A DNA stretch of 64,000 nt from a virus (taxonomy: Duplodnaviria; Caudoviricetes): positions 154,388 through 218,387 of IMG/VR virus record IMGVR_UViG_3300017766_003100. The stretch is one strand, 5' to 3'. A program made the position numbers and the translations under genes. The notes under the pieces are model-generated. The model was not told where the DNA came from, did not search any database, and saw nothing but the letters and a program-made list of their open reading frames with translations. Shown in pieces: positions 46,667-54,269 of this stretch (the first letter of the stretch is position 1; each line of letters opens with the position of its first letter).

Positions 46667-47496
46667 ATGTATTAAGTTTGTTTGATGGGTTAAGTTGTGG
46701 TCAAATTGCCCTAAATAGAATTGGCATAAAATATGATAAGTATTTTGCATCCGAGATTGATAAAAGTTCAATTAAGGTTACACAACAAAATTATCCCAAC
46801 ACAATTCAATTGGGGGATATAACGGAAATTAAAGGAAGTGATTTACCACCAATCGACCTTCTTATAGGTGGGTCACCTTGCCAAGGATTCTCAAAGGTAG
46901 GGAAACAATTGAATTTCGATGACCCAAGGAGTAAATTATTCTTTGAGTATGTTAGACTATTAAAAGAAACAAATCCAAAGTATTTTTTATTGGAGAATGT
47001 TGTAATGAGAGAAGAATGGAAAGATGTAATCACTGAACATCTTGGTGTGAAACCAATTAAGATTAATAGTAGATTAGTTTCAGCACAAAATAGACCAAGG
47101 TTGTATTGGACAAATATTCCAAATATAACACAACCAAAAGATTTGGGATTAAATATTTGTGATGTTATCACTCCAGACTTTAAGGACAAATATCCAAACT
47201 ATTTAGATTTACCATTCTATGGTAGGGGAACAAGAAAGGATGTTGTTAAGTCATATAGAGACAAGGCATCTTGTTTAACGGCATCAATGTATAAAGGACA
47301 GGTTTCATCTTTTTGTAAAAATGAATTGGGTCAGATATACAAATATACACCACAAGATTGTGAACTATTACAAACAGTACCATTAAATTATACAAGGGGA
47401 GTCTCAAACACCGAAAGGTTTAAATTACTTGGGAATGGATGGACTGTAGATGTGATATCACATATTTTTAAAAATATGAAAGAAGGGTCAAATTAG
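46663..47496 (+). CDS. dcm: C5-cytosine DNA methyltransferase, paralog of 45237
   Basis: SLFDGLSCG, GGSPCQ, LENV, QNRPRLYW, LGNGW. Confidence 0.95.
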   Translation: MNVLSLFDGLSCGQIALNRIGIKYDKYFASEIDKSSIKVTQQNYPNTIQLGDITEIKGSDLPPIDLLIGGSPCQGFSKVGKQLNFDDPRSKLFFEYVRLLKETNPKYFLLENVVMREEWKDVITEHLGVKPIKINSRLVSAQNRPRLYWTNIPNITQPKDLGLNICDVITPDFKDKYPNYLDLPFYGRGTRKDVVKSYRDKASCLTASMYKGQVSSFCKNELGQIYKYTPQDCELLQTVPLNYTRGVSNTERFKLLGNGWTVDVISHIFKNMKEGSN

Positions 47497-47507
47497 ACCC
47501 TTTTTTT
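47483..47507 (+). terminator. intrinsic terminator after second dcm
   Basis: AAGGGTC/GACCCTT plus T-tract. Confidence 0.8.
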
Positions 47508-47517
47508 ATTTATGTTA

Positions 47518-47525
47518 ATATTTAT
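47518..47525 (+). promoter_or_regulatory. putative late promoter
   Basis: ATATTTAT upstream of 47538. Confidence 0.65.
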
Positions 47526-47537
47526 AAATAAAAAAAT

Positions 47538-48461
47538 ATGGAAATCTTAACTGAAAAAGAGTTTAGGACAAAAATCAACATAATTTATCAACAAGAAAGA
47601 ATAAAAATTCTTAATGAAAAATGGGATAGATTATCCAAAGATGACAAGTTGATAATAATTGAAATGTTTAAATTATTAAATCCTAATGTGAAAATTCCAA
47701 TAAACGAAGCTAAATGGTATAACACTGTTTTGGATTGGGCTGGATTAATACCTGGTATTGGTTCGGCGATTGATTTGGTTAATGGATTTGATTATTGGAG
47801 ACAAGGTGATAAATTATATGCTATTTTATCTTGGATTGGAGCATTACCTATTTTTGGTGATTTAATTGCAGCACCAGTTGTTTCTGTTTTAAAACTTGGT
47901 GGGAAAGGAGCTGAATTATTTAAAGGAGCTGTTTTGGCTAAAGATGCCGTTAAGATAGCTGAAGCAGCAAAAAATCTTGGAGGTCCTGTTGCTAAAATGA
48001 TTGAAAAGGCACCATCATGGGGAGTAAAACTAATTGAGGTATTAGAAAAAAGTGTTGGTAAGTTTCCTTGGTTAGGTAAAGGTTTAGTTGAAACTGTAAA
48101 GACATGGGTTGATTTATTTGTAAAAGCAGGTAAAGGTGGTTTAATATTTAAACCATTAGGTAGACAAGCTGTTAGAAAGTTAACAAATAATACAAAATTT
48201 TATTTAGGATTATTAGATTCACTAGGTTTGGGTAATTTTTCTGGACCACCAGAAGAATTAATCAAAAAAGTTCCTGACTTAGCTGATAAAATGGCCGAAT
48301 TTGAATCAACACCCCAAGGACAACAATTAAGTTCTATGGGTAGTGAATTACCAATGAAATCTGAACTACCAACATTTACTCCACCTCAAACATCATCACC
48401 TCTATCATCAATGGTTAAATCAGTTGACCCAATTGACGCTTTGAAATTATTGGTGATGTAA
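47538..48461 (+). CDS. tagged protein with pre-toxin TG-like helical domain
   Basis: VLDWAGLIPGIG.AIDLVNG..YW.QGD...A.LS..GALP..GD. Confidence 0.65.
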   Translation: MEILTEKEFRTKINIIYQQERIKILNEKWDRLSKDDKLIIIEMFKLLNPNVKIPINEAKWYNTVLDWAGLIPGIGSAIDLVNGFDYWRQGDKLYAILSWIGALPIFGDLIAAPVVSVLKLGGKGAELFKGAVLAKDAVKIAEAAKNLGGPVAKMIEKAPSWGVKLIEVLEKSVGKFPWLGKGLVETVKTWVDLFVKAGKGGLIFKPLGRQAVRKLTNNTKFYLGLLDSLGLGNFSGPPEELIKKVPDLADKMAEFESTPQGQQLSSMGSELPMKSELPTFTPPQTSSPLSSMVKSVDPIDALKLLVM

Positions 48462-48504
48462 ATTAAAAATAATTAACCCAACATTTTATATTATAAAAAA
48501 CTCA

Positions 48505-48512
48505 ATATTTAT
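48505..48512 (+). promoter_or_regulatory. putative late promoter
   Basis: ATATTTAT upstream of 48530; supports that start over 48665. Confidence 0.65.
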
Positions 48513-48529
48513 TAATAAAAAAACAATAA

Positions 48530-50035
48530 ATGAAAAAATCACACAAAATGGTCCTGATTGAAAGTGGAATAAGAGATATTAATTCTCTTGCTCTTCGCTA
48601 CAAAAAAGCGAAGGTCTACTTTCATCAGGACCTTTGACTGGATGGAGTTACATCTGCATTAGGAATGAAAAAATACTTGGAAGATAATGGTATCAAAGTA
48701 GTTGATGCTGAAGTCATCCAATATGGTGACCAAGAATGGGCAATAAAGAAACCCGAAGCAAGTGGTGGAGTTATGCCTGTGTTGGTTGACTTTGCTCACG
48801 GAAAACCAATGTTTTTGATTCACACAGACCACCACGATTCACAATCAGGTGTTGAGGGTGATACGTCAACAAGTTTCAAAAGTGCGAGGTCTAATGTTGA
48901 AACAATATCAGGTATATTATCACCAAAAGATTTGTTTCCATCAGGAGATATTAAATTAATTTCAACTGTGGATTCGGCCAACTTTAGGGTTATGGGAATT
49001 TCAATTGATGATGTTAACAATTATATCTTTAATCTTGATAAAGGTTTACCTGTAGAAAAAAATAAAATGTTGATGGGATTAGTTACCAACAAATTATTAT
49101 TAGCATTTAAGAACAAAAAAGGATTTTTAGAAAGATTAGTTTTAGAGTGTGAGCCTTCATTGATTAGTATTCTCAACAAGATAAAACAAATTATGAAAGA
49201 AGAAGGTTGGTCAGGTGTTGAAGATTTACAGATGAATAGGGAGAAGTATATTGAACAGATGAGAGGTTATGGTAAACAATCATATGAAGATGGCATCATT
49301 ATTAAAGATGGTGGTGGAAGTATGATAAAACCTGGTTCATATGATAGATATGTGAGTTTTAAATTATATCCTGATGCTGATTTTCAAGTTATTACTTGGG
49401 GTTCTGTTGGACTTTTACAAGTTTCTTGTAATCCTTTTAAGGAACAACGAGGACTAAAAGGAATTGATTTGGGGGAAATAAATAGAGGCATTCTTGAAGG
49501 AAGAAAGAGTGAATTGGAACAAATTAAAATTACTGCAAATAGATTAAAAAAAGTTGCTGAGACTAGTAAAAAATTCGTACCTGGTGAGAGTGTTGGATTT
49601 ACGGCAAAAGACCTAGTAGCATTTTATGGTAATAGTATAAAAGGGTATAATGAAATACCAAGAAAGTTTGAAAACTTTTTATCAAAGAAATATCCTGATT
49701 ATGAAAGAGGATTAGAAGAATGGAAAAAAATTGTTAGTAAAACAATGAGTAAACCTTATGTTGAATTAAGTGAATTTGAATTGGCTGTATTAGATTCTAT
49801 TTATACAACTGCTTATGATGTAATCAAGAACAATAGTGGCGGACACAAATGTATTACTAATTTCCAAACATCAGCATTAGGTGGTGGTTTTGGTCCTTAC
49901 AAAACAACTGATTTTATTAAAGAAATAAAAGATGAGTTTGTTCAAATTCTAAAAGACAGAATTAATGCCGAGAAAGGGGACAATGTAAACGAAAACTATT
50001 TTAGGGGTATTATTAAAAAAGTAATGAAAGGTTAA
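48530..50035 (+). CDS. DHH-family phosphoesterase with an in-frame TGA at 48635-48637
   Basis: ATG 48530 is in frame with the track ORF at 48665 and reads YFHQDL*LDGVTSALGMK; VLVDFAH, TDHHD (DHH) and TVDSA follow. Confidence 0.8.
48550..48632 (+). promoter_or_regulatory. three-way-junction RNA structure inside the DHH coding region
   Basis: P1 48550-48568 pairs with 48615-48632 (18 bp, 1 bulge); P2 AAGAGA/TCTCTT; P3 CTTCGCT/AGCGAAG. Confidence 0.75.
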
Positions 50036-50037
50036 GA

Positions 50038-50385
50038 TTAAAGGGGGAATAATACATTATCCCCCTTTTTTATTCCTAATTTTTTACAAGTTCCACCTTT
50101 TACTTCAAGTATAAAGTTTCCTTCACCACAATAATTTTTATGTGATTCATCAGTCATTGGTTGACAATTGTGATATATTTTGGTTATGACATCATTATCA
50201 ATAAAGATTATATCTAAAGGGATAATACAATTTTTCATCCAAAAACAATGTTCTTGGTTTCTCATTACAAATAACATTCCATTGAATGTTTTGTCAAAGG
50301 TTTTGTTCATCATACCTTCTTGAGTTTCTTCAGGTGATGTTTGAATTTTTACCTTGAAAATGTTGTCATTTATACTTAACTTCAT
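50038..50385 (-). CDS. DUF192 (UPF0127) protein
   Basis: EGMM...GMLFV...FWMKNC.IPLDIIFI; ILEVKGG; GIKKGD. Confidence 0.9.
   Translation of the reverse strand: MKLSINDNIFKVKIQTSPEETQEGMMNKTFDKTFNGMLFVMRNQEHCFWMKNCIIPLDIIFIDNDVITKIYHNCQPMTDESHKNYCGEGNFILEVKGGTCKKLGIKKGDNVLFPL
50041..50072. terminator. bidirectional terminator
   Basis: AAGGGGG...CCCCCTT between convergent genes. Confidence 0.8.
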
Positions 50386-50389
50386 ATAT

Positions 50390-50397
50390 ATAAATAT
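50390..50397 (-). promoter_or_regulatory. putative late promoter (only 4 nt from ATG)
   Basis: ATATTTAT upstream of 50385. Confidence 0.5.
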
Positions 50398-50411
50398 AAT
50401 AATAATTCATT

Positions 50412-50798
50412 ATGGGAAATTGTGCAGGTATTTTATTAAAATATAAAAATCATTGTTTATTATGTAAAAGAAGTCAAAAAGGGAGTTTACCAGGTATTTG
50501 GTCAGTTCCTGGAGGACATTTGGAGAAAGGTGAAAGTATTCAAGATGGTGCTGTAAGGGAGTTTAGGGAAGAGACAGGATATCAGATTGTTGATAACTTG
50601 GATTATGTGGCAACATTGAATGGTGGGTCAAAAATGAAATTCTATTTGTTCTTATATGAGATTGATAAAAAGATAAATATTGATTTGGATGAAGCAATTG
50701 ATGGTAGTGAACACGATGAATGTGGTTGGTATACCAAAAAAACTTTACCTAAAAAGGTAGAAAATCAACTTTTTTTTATAATAAATAAGATTTTTTGA
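50412..50798 (+). CDS. NUDIX hydrolase
   Basis: WSVPGGHLEKGESIQDGAVREFREETG Nudix box; EHDECGW. Confidence 0.95.
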   Translation: MGNCAGILLKYKNHCLLCKRSQKGSLPGIWSVPGGHLEKGESIQDGAVREFREETGYQIVDNLDYVATLNGGSKMKFYLFLYEIDKKINIDLDEAIDGSEHDECGWYTKKTLPKKVENQLFFIINKIF

Positions 50799-50905
50799 AA
50801 ATTTGATATATTTATATTTCACAAATCCCCAACTTCCCTTTCTTATGTTGGTCAATATATAGAACTCCGATAATTGTAAAAAATTATTGGAGTTTTTTTA
50901 TTTGG

Positions 50906-50936
50906 TTGGAACTTTATGGTTGTTTGATTGGTTATA
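50906..50936 (+). repeat. 31-bp promoter-like repeat, copy 1
   Basis: ttggaactttatggttgtttgattggttata, exact copy at 51749. Confidence 0.9.
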
Positions 50937-50966
50937 CTATTATTAACATCACAAATAATATCAAAT

Positions 50967-51386
50967 ATGAAACACGTAATTCCATCAACAAGTCTTACTT
51001 CGGTTATCAAAGCTGAGAAAAACAATAATGGTGCTTCTTTTGTGATTAAATCACTCAAAACTGGTAAGGAGTACACTTACACAATCACAAAATCCCTTTT
51101 CAATGGTAAGTGGTACACTCACATTAGTGTGGAGATGGAATATATGAATTTCAAACGCATTGGAACTTATTTCAGTGGTAAAATATACAATAAAGGAAAT
51201 GTGGTTAACATTCCTACTGCCACAGCGATTGCTTGGGTTTTATCCAAAGTTGAAGAGGGAAAATTTGACTTATTGAATGAAAATGTTGAAATTTCCCATA
51301 CTGGTAGTTGTTTACGTTGTGGGAGAGTATTGACTGATGGTCAAAGTATTGAAAGAGGTTTGGGACCTACCTGTTCAAGTAAATAA
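50967..51386 (+). CDS. DUF6011-like Zn-finger protein (start revised)
   Basis: CLRCGRVLTD..SIERGLGPTC. Confidence 0.8.
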   Translation: MKHVIPSTSLTSVIKAEKNNNGASFVIKSLKTGKEYTYTITKSLFNGKWYTHISVEMEYMNFKRIGTYFSGKIYNKGNVVNIPTATAIAWVLSKVEEGKFDLLNENVEISHTGSCLRCGRVLTDGQSIERGLGPTCSSK

Positions 51387-51425
51387 AAAATTATTGGAGT
51401 TTTCTTTTTATTAAAAATCTTTTCT

Positions 51426-51433
51426 TATTTTTG
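51426..51433 (+). promoter_or_regulatory. -7 element TAnnTTTG
   Basis: TATTTTTG in intergenic region. Confidence 0.5.
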
Positions 51434-51492
51434 TGTTCACAACAATAAAACTTACACATATTTGCTGTTATAAGTATGTAAAAATTACGATT

Positions 51493-51666
51493 ATGGAAAA
51501 TATTAATTTGAAAAGAGGTGATATGGTTAGGGTTTTTGATTACGGAAACGAAATTTTTGATGAAATTGTTACAATCATCCTTAATGATGTTATTTCAGGA
51601 GAAATTGTTTATAAACGTAATGATGGTGAAAAAATTTTGTTTTCTGGACAAGGGTATTTTGAGTAA
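51493..51666 (+). CDS. small hypothetical protein (start revised)
   Basis: MENINLKRGDMVRV... Confidence 0.55.
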   Translation: MENINLKRGDMVRVFDYGNEIFDEIVTIILNDVISGEIVYKRNDGEKILFSGQGYFE

Positions 51667-51748
51667 TTTTTATTACTTATAACATAAATATATACACACT
51701 TTTGACTATGTGGTGGAATTGATAAACACTAAAAAAAAATAATCAAAC

Positions 51749-51779
51749 TTGGAACTTTATGGTTGTTTGATTGGTTATA
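51749..51779 (+). repeat. 31-bp promoter-like repeat, copy 2
   Basis: Exact copy of 50906-50936. Confidence 0.9.
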
Positions 51780-51814
51780 ATAGTATTGAATCACTTAATA
51801 AAAAACACAATCAT

Positions 51815-52051
51815 ATGACTACTGAAAAAACATTGGGACAGATTTTATTAGGTAAAAGCAATGGTTTATTAGTTAATAACAATGGTGAATATATCTATGT
51901 CATTAGATACTACAACAAAAACACATTGAAGTATCAGGTCATCTTTTCTAAAGGTTTGACTGAGATGGCAAGAAAACCAGCATTGAACACCACTGTTGAG
52001 AAGAAAGTATTGAAATTAATTAACGATGAAAATTATCAATTGGTAAAATAA
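51815..52051 (+). CDS. small hypothetical protein (start revised)
   Basis: The track start lies within the 31-bp repeat; ATG 51815 follows it. Confidence 0.6.
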   Translation: MTTEKTLGQILLGKSNGLLVNNNGEYIYVIRYYNKNTLKYQVIFSKGLTEMARKPALNTTVEKKVLKLINDENYQLVK

Positions 52052-52067
52052 TTTAAAAAAATAAAAT

Positions 52068-52292
52068 ATGAACTTATTAAAATTGTTTCTCCCTAAAGAG
52101 AAAATACAAATAGTTACAGAAGTTGAAAGTTGGACTGTAACTTGGTATGTAAAAACGGGATGGTCAGATGATACACGAAGACAAGCAAAGGTTTTCATTA
52201 AAAATGAAGATGCGAAAGAATTTGAAAAACAATTACTTGAACAAGCTAAATTCATAGGGTGTTGGATAAAAACCAATTTAACTAAGAATTAA
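52068..52292 (+). CDS. hypothetical protein
   Basis: ORF track. Confidence 0.6.
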   Translation: MNLLKLFLPKEKIQIVTEVESWTVTWYVKTGWSDDTRRQAKVFIKNEDAKEFEKQLLEQAKFIGCWIKTNLTKN

Positions 52293-52306
52293 AAAATAAA
52301 ATTATT

Positions 52307-52543
52307 ATGAAAGCAGAAGAAGCTGAAAACTGGAATAATGTTCATTATAGAATGAATCAAGAAGGATTCCACTATTGTTTCAAACACTACTCCTCGTTCA
52401 AAGAAATAGAGGATGAAAAATTCCACGAGTTAAGAAAAAAATACTTGGAAGTCGCCAAAGAATTGGAGGAATATGTCAAAAACAAAGTTAATGAAGCAAA
52501 TTGGGAATTAGAATATGATGATGAAGACGAAGATGAATATTGA
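52307..52543 (+). CDS. hypothetical protein
   Basis: ORF track. Confidence 0.65.
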   Translation: MKAEEAENWNNVHYRMNQEGFHYCFKHYSSFKEIEDEKFHELRKKYLEVAKELEEYVKNKVNEANWELEYDDEDEDEY

Positions 52544-52949
52544 AAATAGAAAAACCAAATTTGAATATACATTCCTTGAAACTTATCAAGCTGGAATTGT
52601 ATTGACAGGAATGGAAGTTAAATCCATCCGTAATGGAAATGCGAATTTAACTGACACTTATTGTTATTTTAAAGACCAAGAATTGTTTGTTAAAAATATT
52701 TCAATATCTTTACCAAATGGAGAACCAAAAAGGGAAAGAAAGTTGTTATTAAAGAAATCTGAGCTTAATAAATTGAAATCAAAACTTATTAATGGTTTAA
52801 CAATTGTCCCAACCAAAATTTATGTTAATGATAGGGGACTGGTTAAAGTTGAAATAGTCTTGGCACAAGGGAACAAACTTCACGATAAAAGAAATTTGAT
52901 TAAAGAAAGAGATATTCAAAGAGAACTTCAAAATAAATCAAAATGGTAA
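52533..52949 (+). CDS. smpB: SsrA-binding protein SmpB (start revised)
   Basis: NRK.KFEY..LETYQAGIVLTG.EVKSIR.G, R.RKLLL.K.E, GLTIVP, KVEI.LA.G.K..DKR. Confidence 0.93.
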   Translation: MNIENRKTKFEYTFLETYQAGIVLTGMEVKSIRNGNANLTDTYCYFKDQELFVKNISISLPNGEPKRERKLLLKKSELNKLKSKLINGLTIVPTKIYVNDRGLVKVEIVLAQGNKLHDKRNLIKERDIQRELQNKSKW

Positions 52950-53215
52950 CTAAGAAGGTAGTAAACAAAACCACATTCATTCAAAAAGTTGAAAATCGTA
53001 CATTGAGTTGGAATTGTAGAAAAAACAATTTTCACATACAAATTGAAAGACACAATTTATCTTGGTATATTTTAGCTCACAGAAAAAAAGATGATGTTTA
53101 TTGGAACTCTTTATGGACTGAAATGTGTTGGAATAATTTAGAAGATGCAATGGAATTCGCAAGTAATTTTAATTACAATAAAATAACTCAGACAAATGAA
53201 CACGACAATGTATAA
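52943..53215 (+). CDS. hypothetical protein
   Basis: ORF track. Confidence 0.6.
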   Translation: MVTKKVVNKTTFIQKVENRTLSWNCRKNNFHIQIERHNLSWYILAHRKKDDVYWNSLWTEMCWNNLEDAMEFASNFNYNKITQTNEHDNV

Positions 53216-53471
53216 CATCAAGATTGTTAATGAAAAATTTGGAACAATCCTTAACGAGAATTTCATTAACGATGTTCAATTCAAGTTGTTTCTTAAAATG
53301 ATTCAAGGTTCTTTGGAACTTAAAAATGCGTTAACATTTTTCAATGGAGTTGACTTTTTGGTACATATTCCTTATGATAAACTTGTTGATTCAATAATTA
53401 CAACCAATGTAAATACTTATGATATGACAGAGATTGTCAAATCAAAGATTGAAGCTCTAGTCACAAAATAA
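53196..53471 (+). CDS. hypothetical protein
   Basis: ORF track. Confidence 0.65.
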   Translation: MNTTMYNIKIVNEKFGTILNENFINDVQFKLFLKMIQGSLELKNALTFFNGVDFLVHIPYDKLVDSIITTNVNTYDMTEIVKSKIEALVTK

Positions 53472-53489
53472 ACTTTAAATTACTTGGAT

Positions 53490-53621
53490 ATGAAATTGTT
53501 TTTATTTGGTATGTTTGTAGTTCTTATGGTAGCTTGTTGTCCAGCAAAGAAAGCTTGTTGCGCTAAAGTTGAGAAAACCTGTCACAAGGTTGAAAAAGAT
53601 AGTTCTTGCCATAAGAAGTAG
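53490..53621 (+). CDS. 43-aa Cys/His-rich mini-lipoprotein (not in track)
   Basis: MKLFLFGMFVVLMVACCPAKKACCAKVEKTCHKVEKDSSCHKK*. Confidence 0.7.
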   Translation: MKLFLFGMFVVLMVACCPAKKACCAKVEKTCHKVEKDSSCHKK

Positions 53622-53672
53622 TTTCCTTATTTAGAAAAATGAGGTGGTGGAGTCCGATTCTATCGGTCCTAT

Positions 53673-53700
53673 AAAAGGAGACGTAATTGTCTCCTTTTTT
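53673..53700 (+). terminator. intrinsic terminator
   Basis: AAAAGGAGAC/GTCTCCTTTT. Confidence 0.85.
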
Positions 53701-53712
53701 CATTTTATTGTT

Positions 53713-53720
53713 ATATTTAT
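53713..53720 (+). promoter_or_regulatory. putative late promoter
   Basis: ATATTTAT upstream of 53733. Confidence 0.65.
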
Positions 53721-53732
53721 AAATAAAAAAAT

Positions 53733-54173
53733 ATGGAAGATAAAATTAAAAAAACAGTAATGGAAGAAGCTAAGAAAAGAGGTTTAATCCTAGAACAAGA
53801 ATCAGATAAAGGTGATTTTGTTGAAATGATATCATTGTTATTTCATTCAAGAACTCAAGCACACACATTTCACCTTCAAACTGAATCATTTGCCGAACAT
53901 AAGGCATTAGAAGGTTATTATGATGGAATTGTTGGTCTCATAGATAGTATTACAGAATCGTATCAAGGTAAATATGGTATTGTTAAAGGTTATAAAAACT
54001 ATCCTTTAGTTGAATATAAAGGTAATGAATCAACTGTATCTTTCTTTCATAATGTTTGTGATAAAGTAACCAAACTTAGGGATTGTTGTAAAGATAGTTG
54101 GTTACAGAATGAAATTGATAATGTCTGTACACTTTTGAATCAAACAATATATAAACTAAAATACTTAAAATAA
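53733..54173 (+). CDS. tagged ferritin-like (DUF5856/Dps-like) protein
   Basis: LFHSRTQAH.FHLQT.SFAEHKAL..YY...ID...ESYQG.YG; LQNEID. Confidence 0.8.
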   Translation: MEDKIKKTVMEEAKKRGLILEQESDKGDFVEMISLLFHSRTQAHTFHLQTESFAEHKALEGYYDGIVGLIDSITESYQGKYGIVKGYKNYPLVEYKGNESTVSFFHNVCDKVTKLRDCCKDSWLQNEIDNVCTLLNQTIYKLKYLK

Positions 54174-54177
54174 AAAA

Positions 54178-54210
54178 AATCCCCACCATAAAAAGTGGGG
54201 TTTTATTTTT
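54178..54210 (+). terminator. intrinsic terminator
   Basis: CCCCAC/GTGGGG plus T-tract. Confidence 0.75.
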
Positions 54211-54242
54211 GTGGGTTAATAGGTATAAAGACAGAATCTTTA

Positions 54243-54250
54243 ATATTTAT
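54243..54250 (+). promoter_or_regulatory. putative late promoter
   Basis: ATATTTAT upstream of 54270. Confidence 0.65.
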
Positions 54251-54269
54251 AGTTTATAGAAAAAATATT

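Noticed and set aside
48635-48637. Genome-wide TGA reassignment or selenocysteine insertion
   Set aside because: Many genes here end in TGA at ATGA overlaps. Inserting any residue gives HQDLxLDG, which breaks motif spacing. No Sec machinery is seen.
48545-48640. Hammerhead ribozyme (CUGAUGA on the minus strand)
   Set aside because: No correctly placed GAAA after a stem II and no stem III/NUH arrangement; CUGAUGA is simply part of the long stem.
51685-51692. Minus-strand ATATTTAT as a late promoter
   Set aside because: No ORF follows on the minus strand; an 8-mer like this is expected occasionally by chance in AT-rich DNA.
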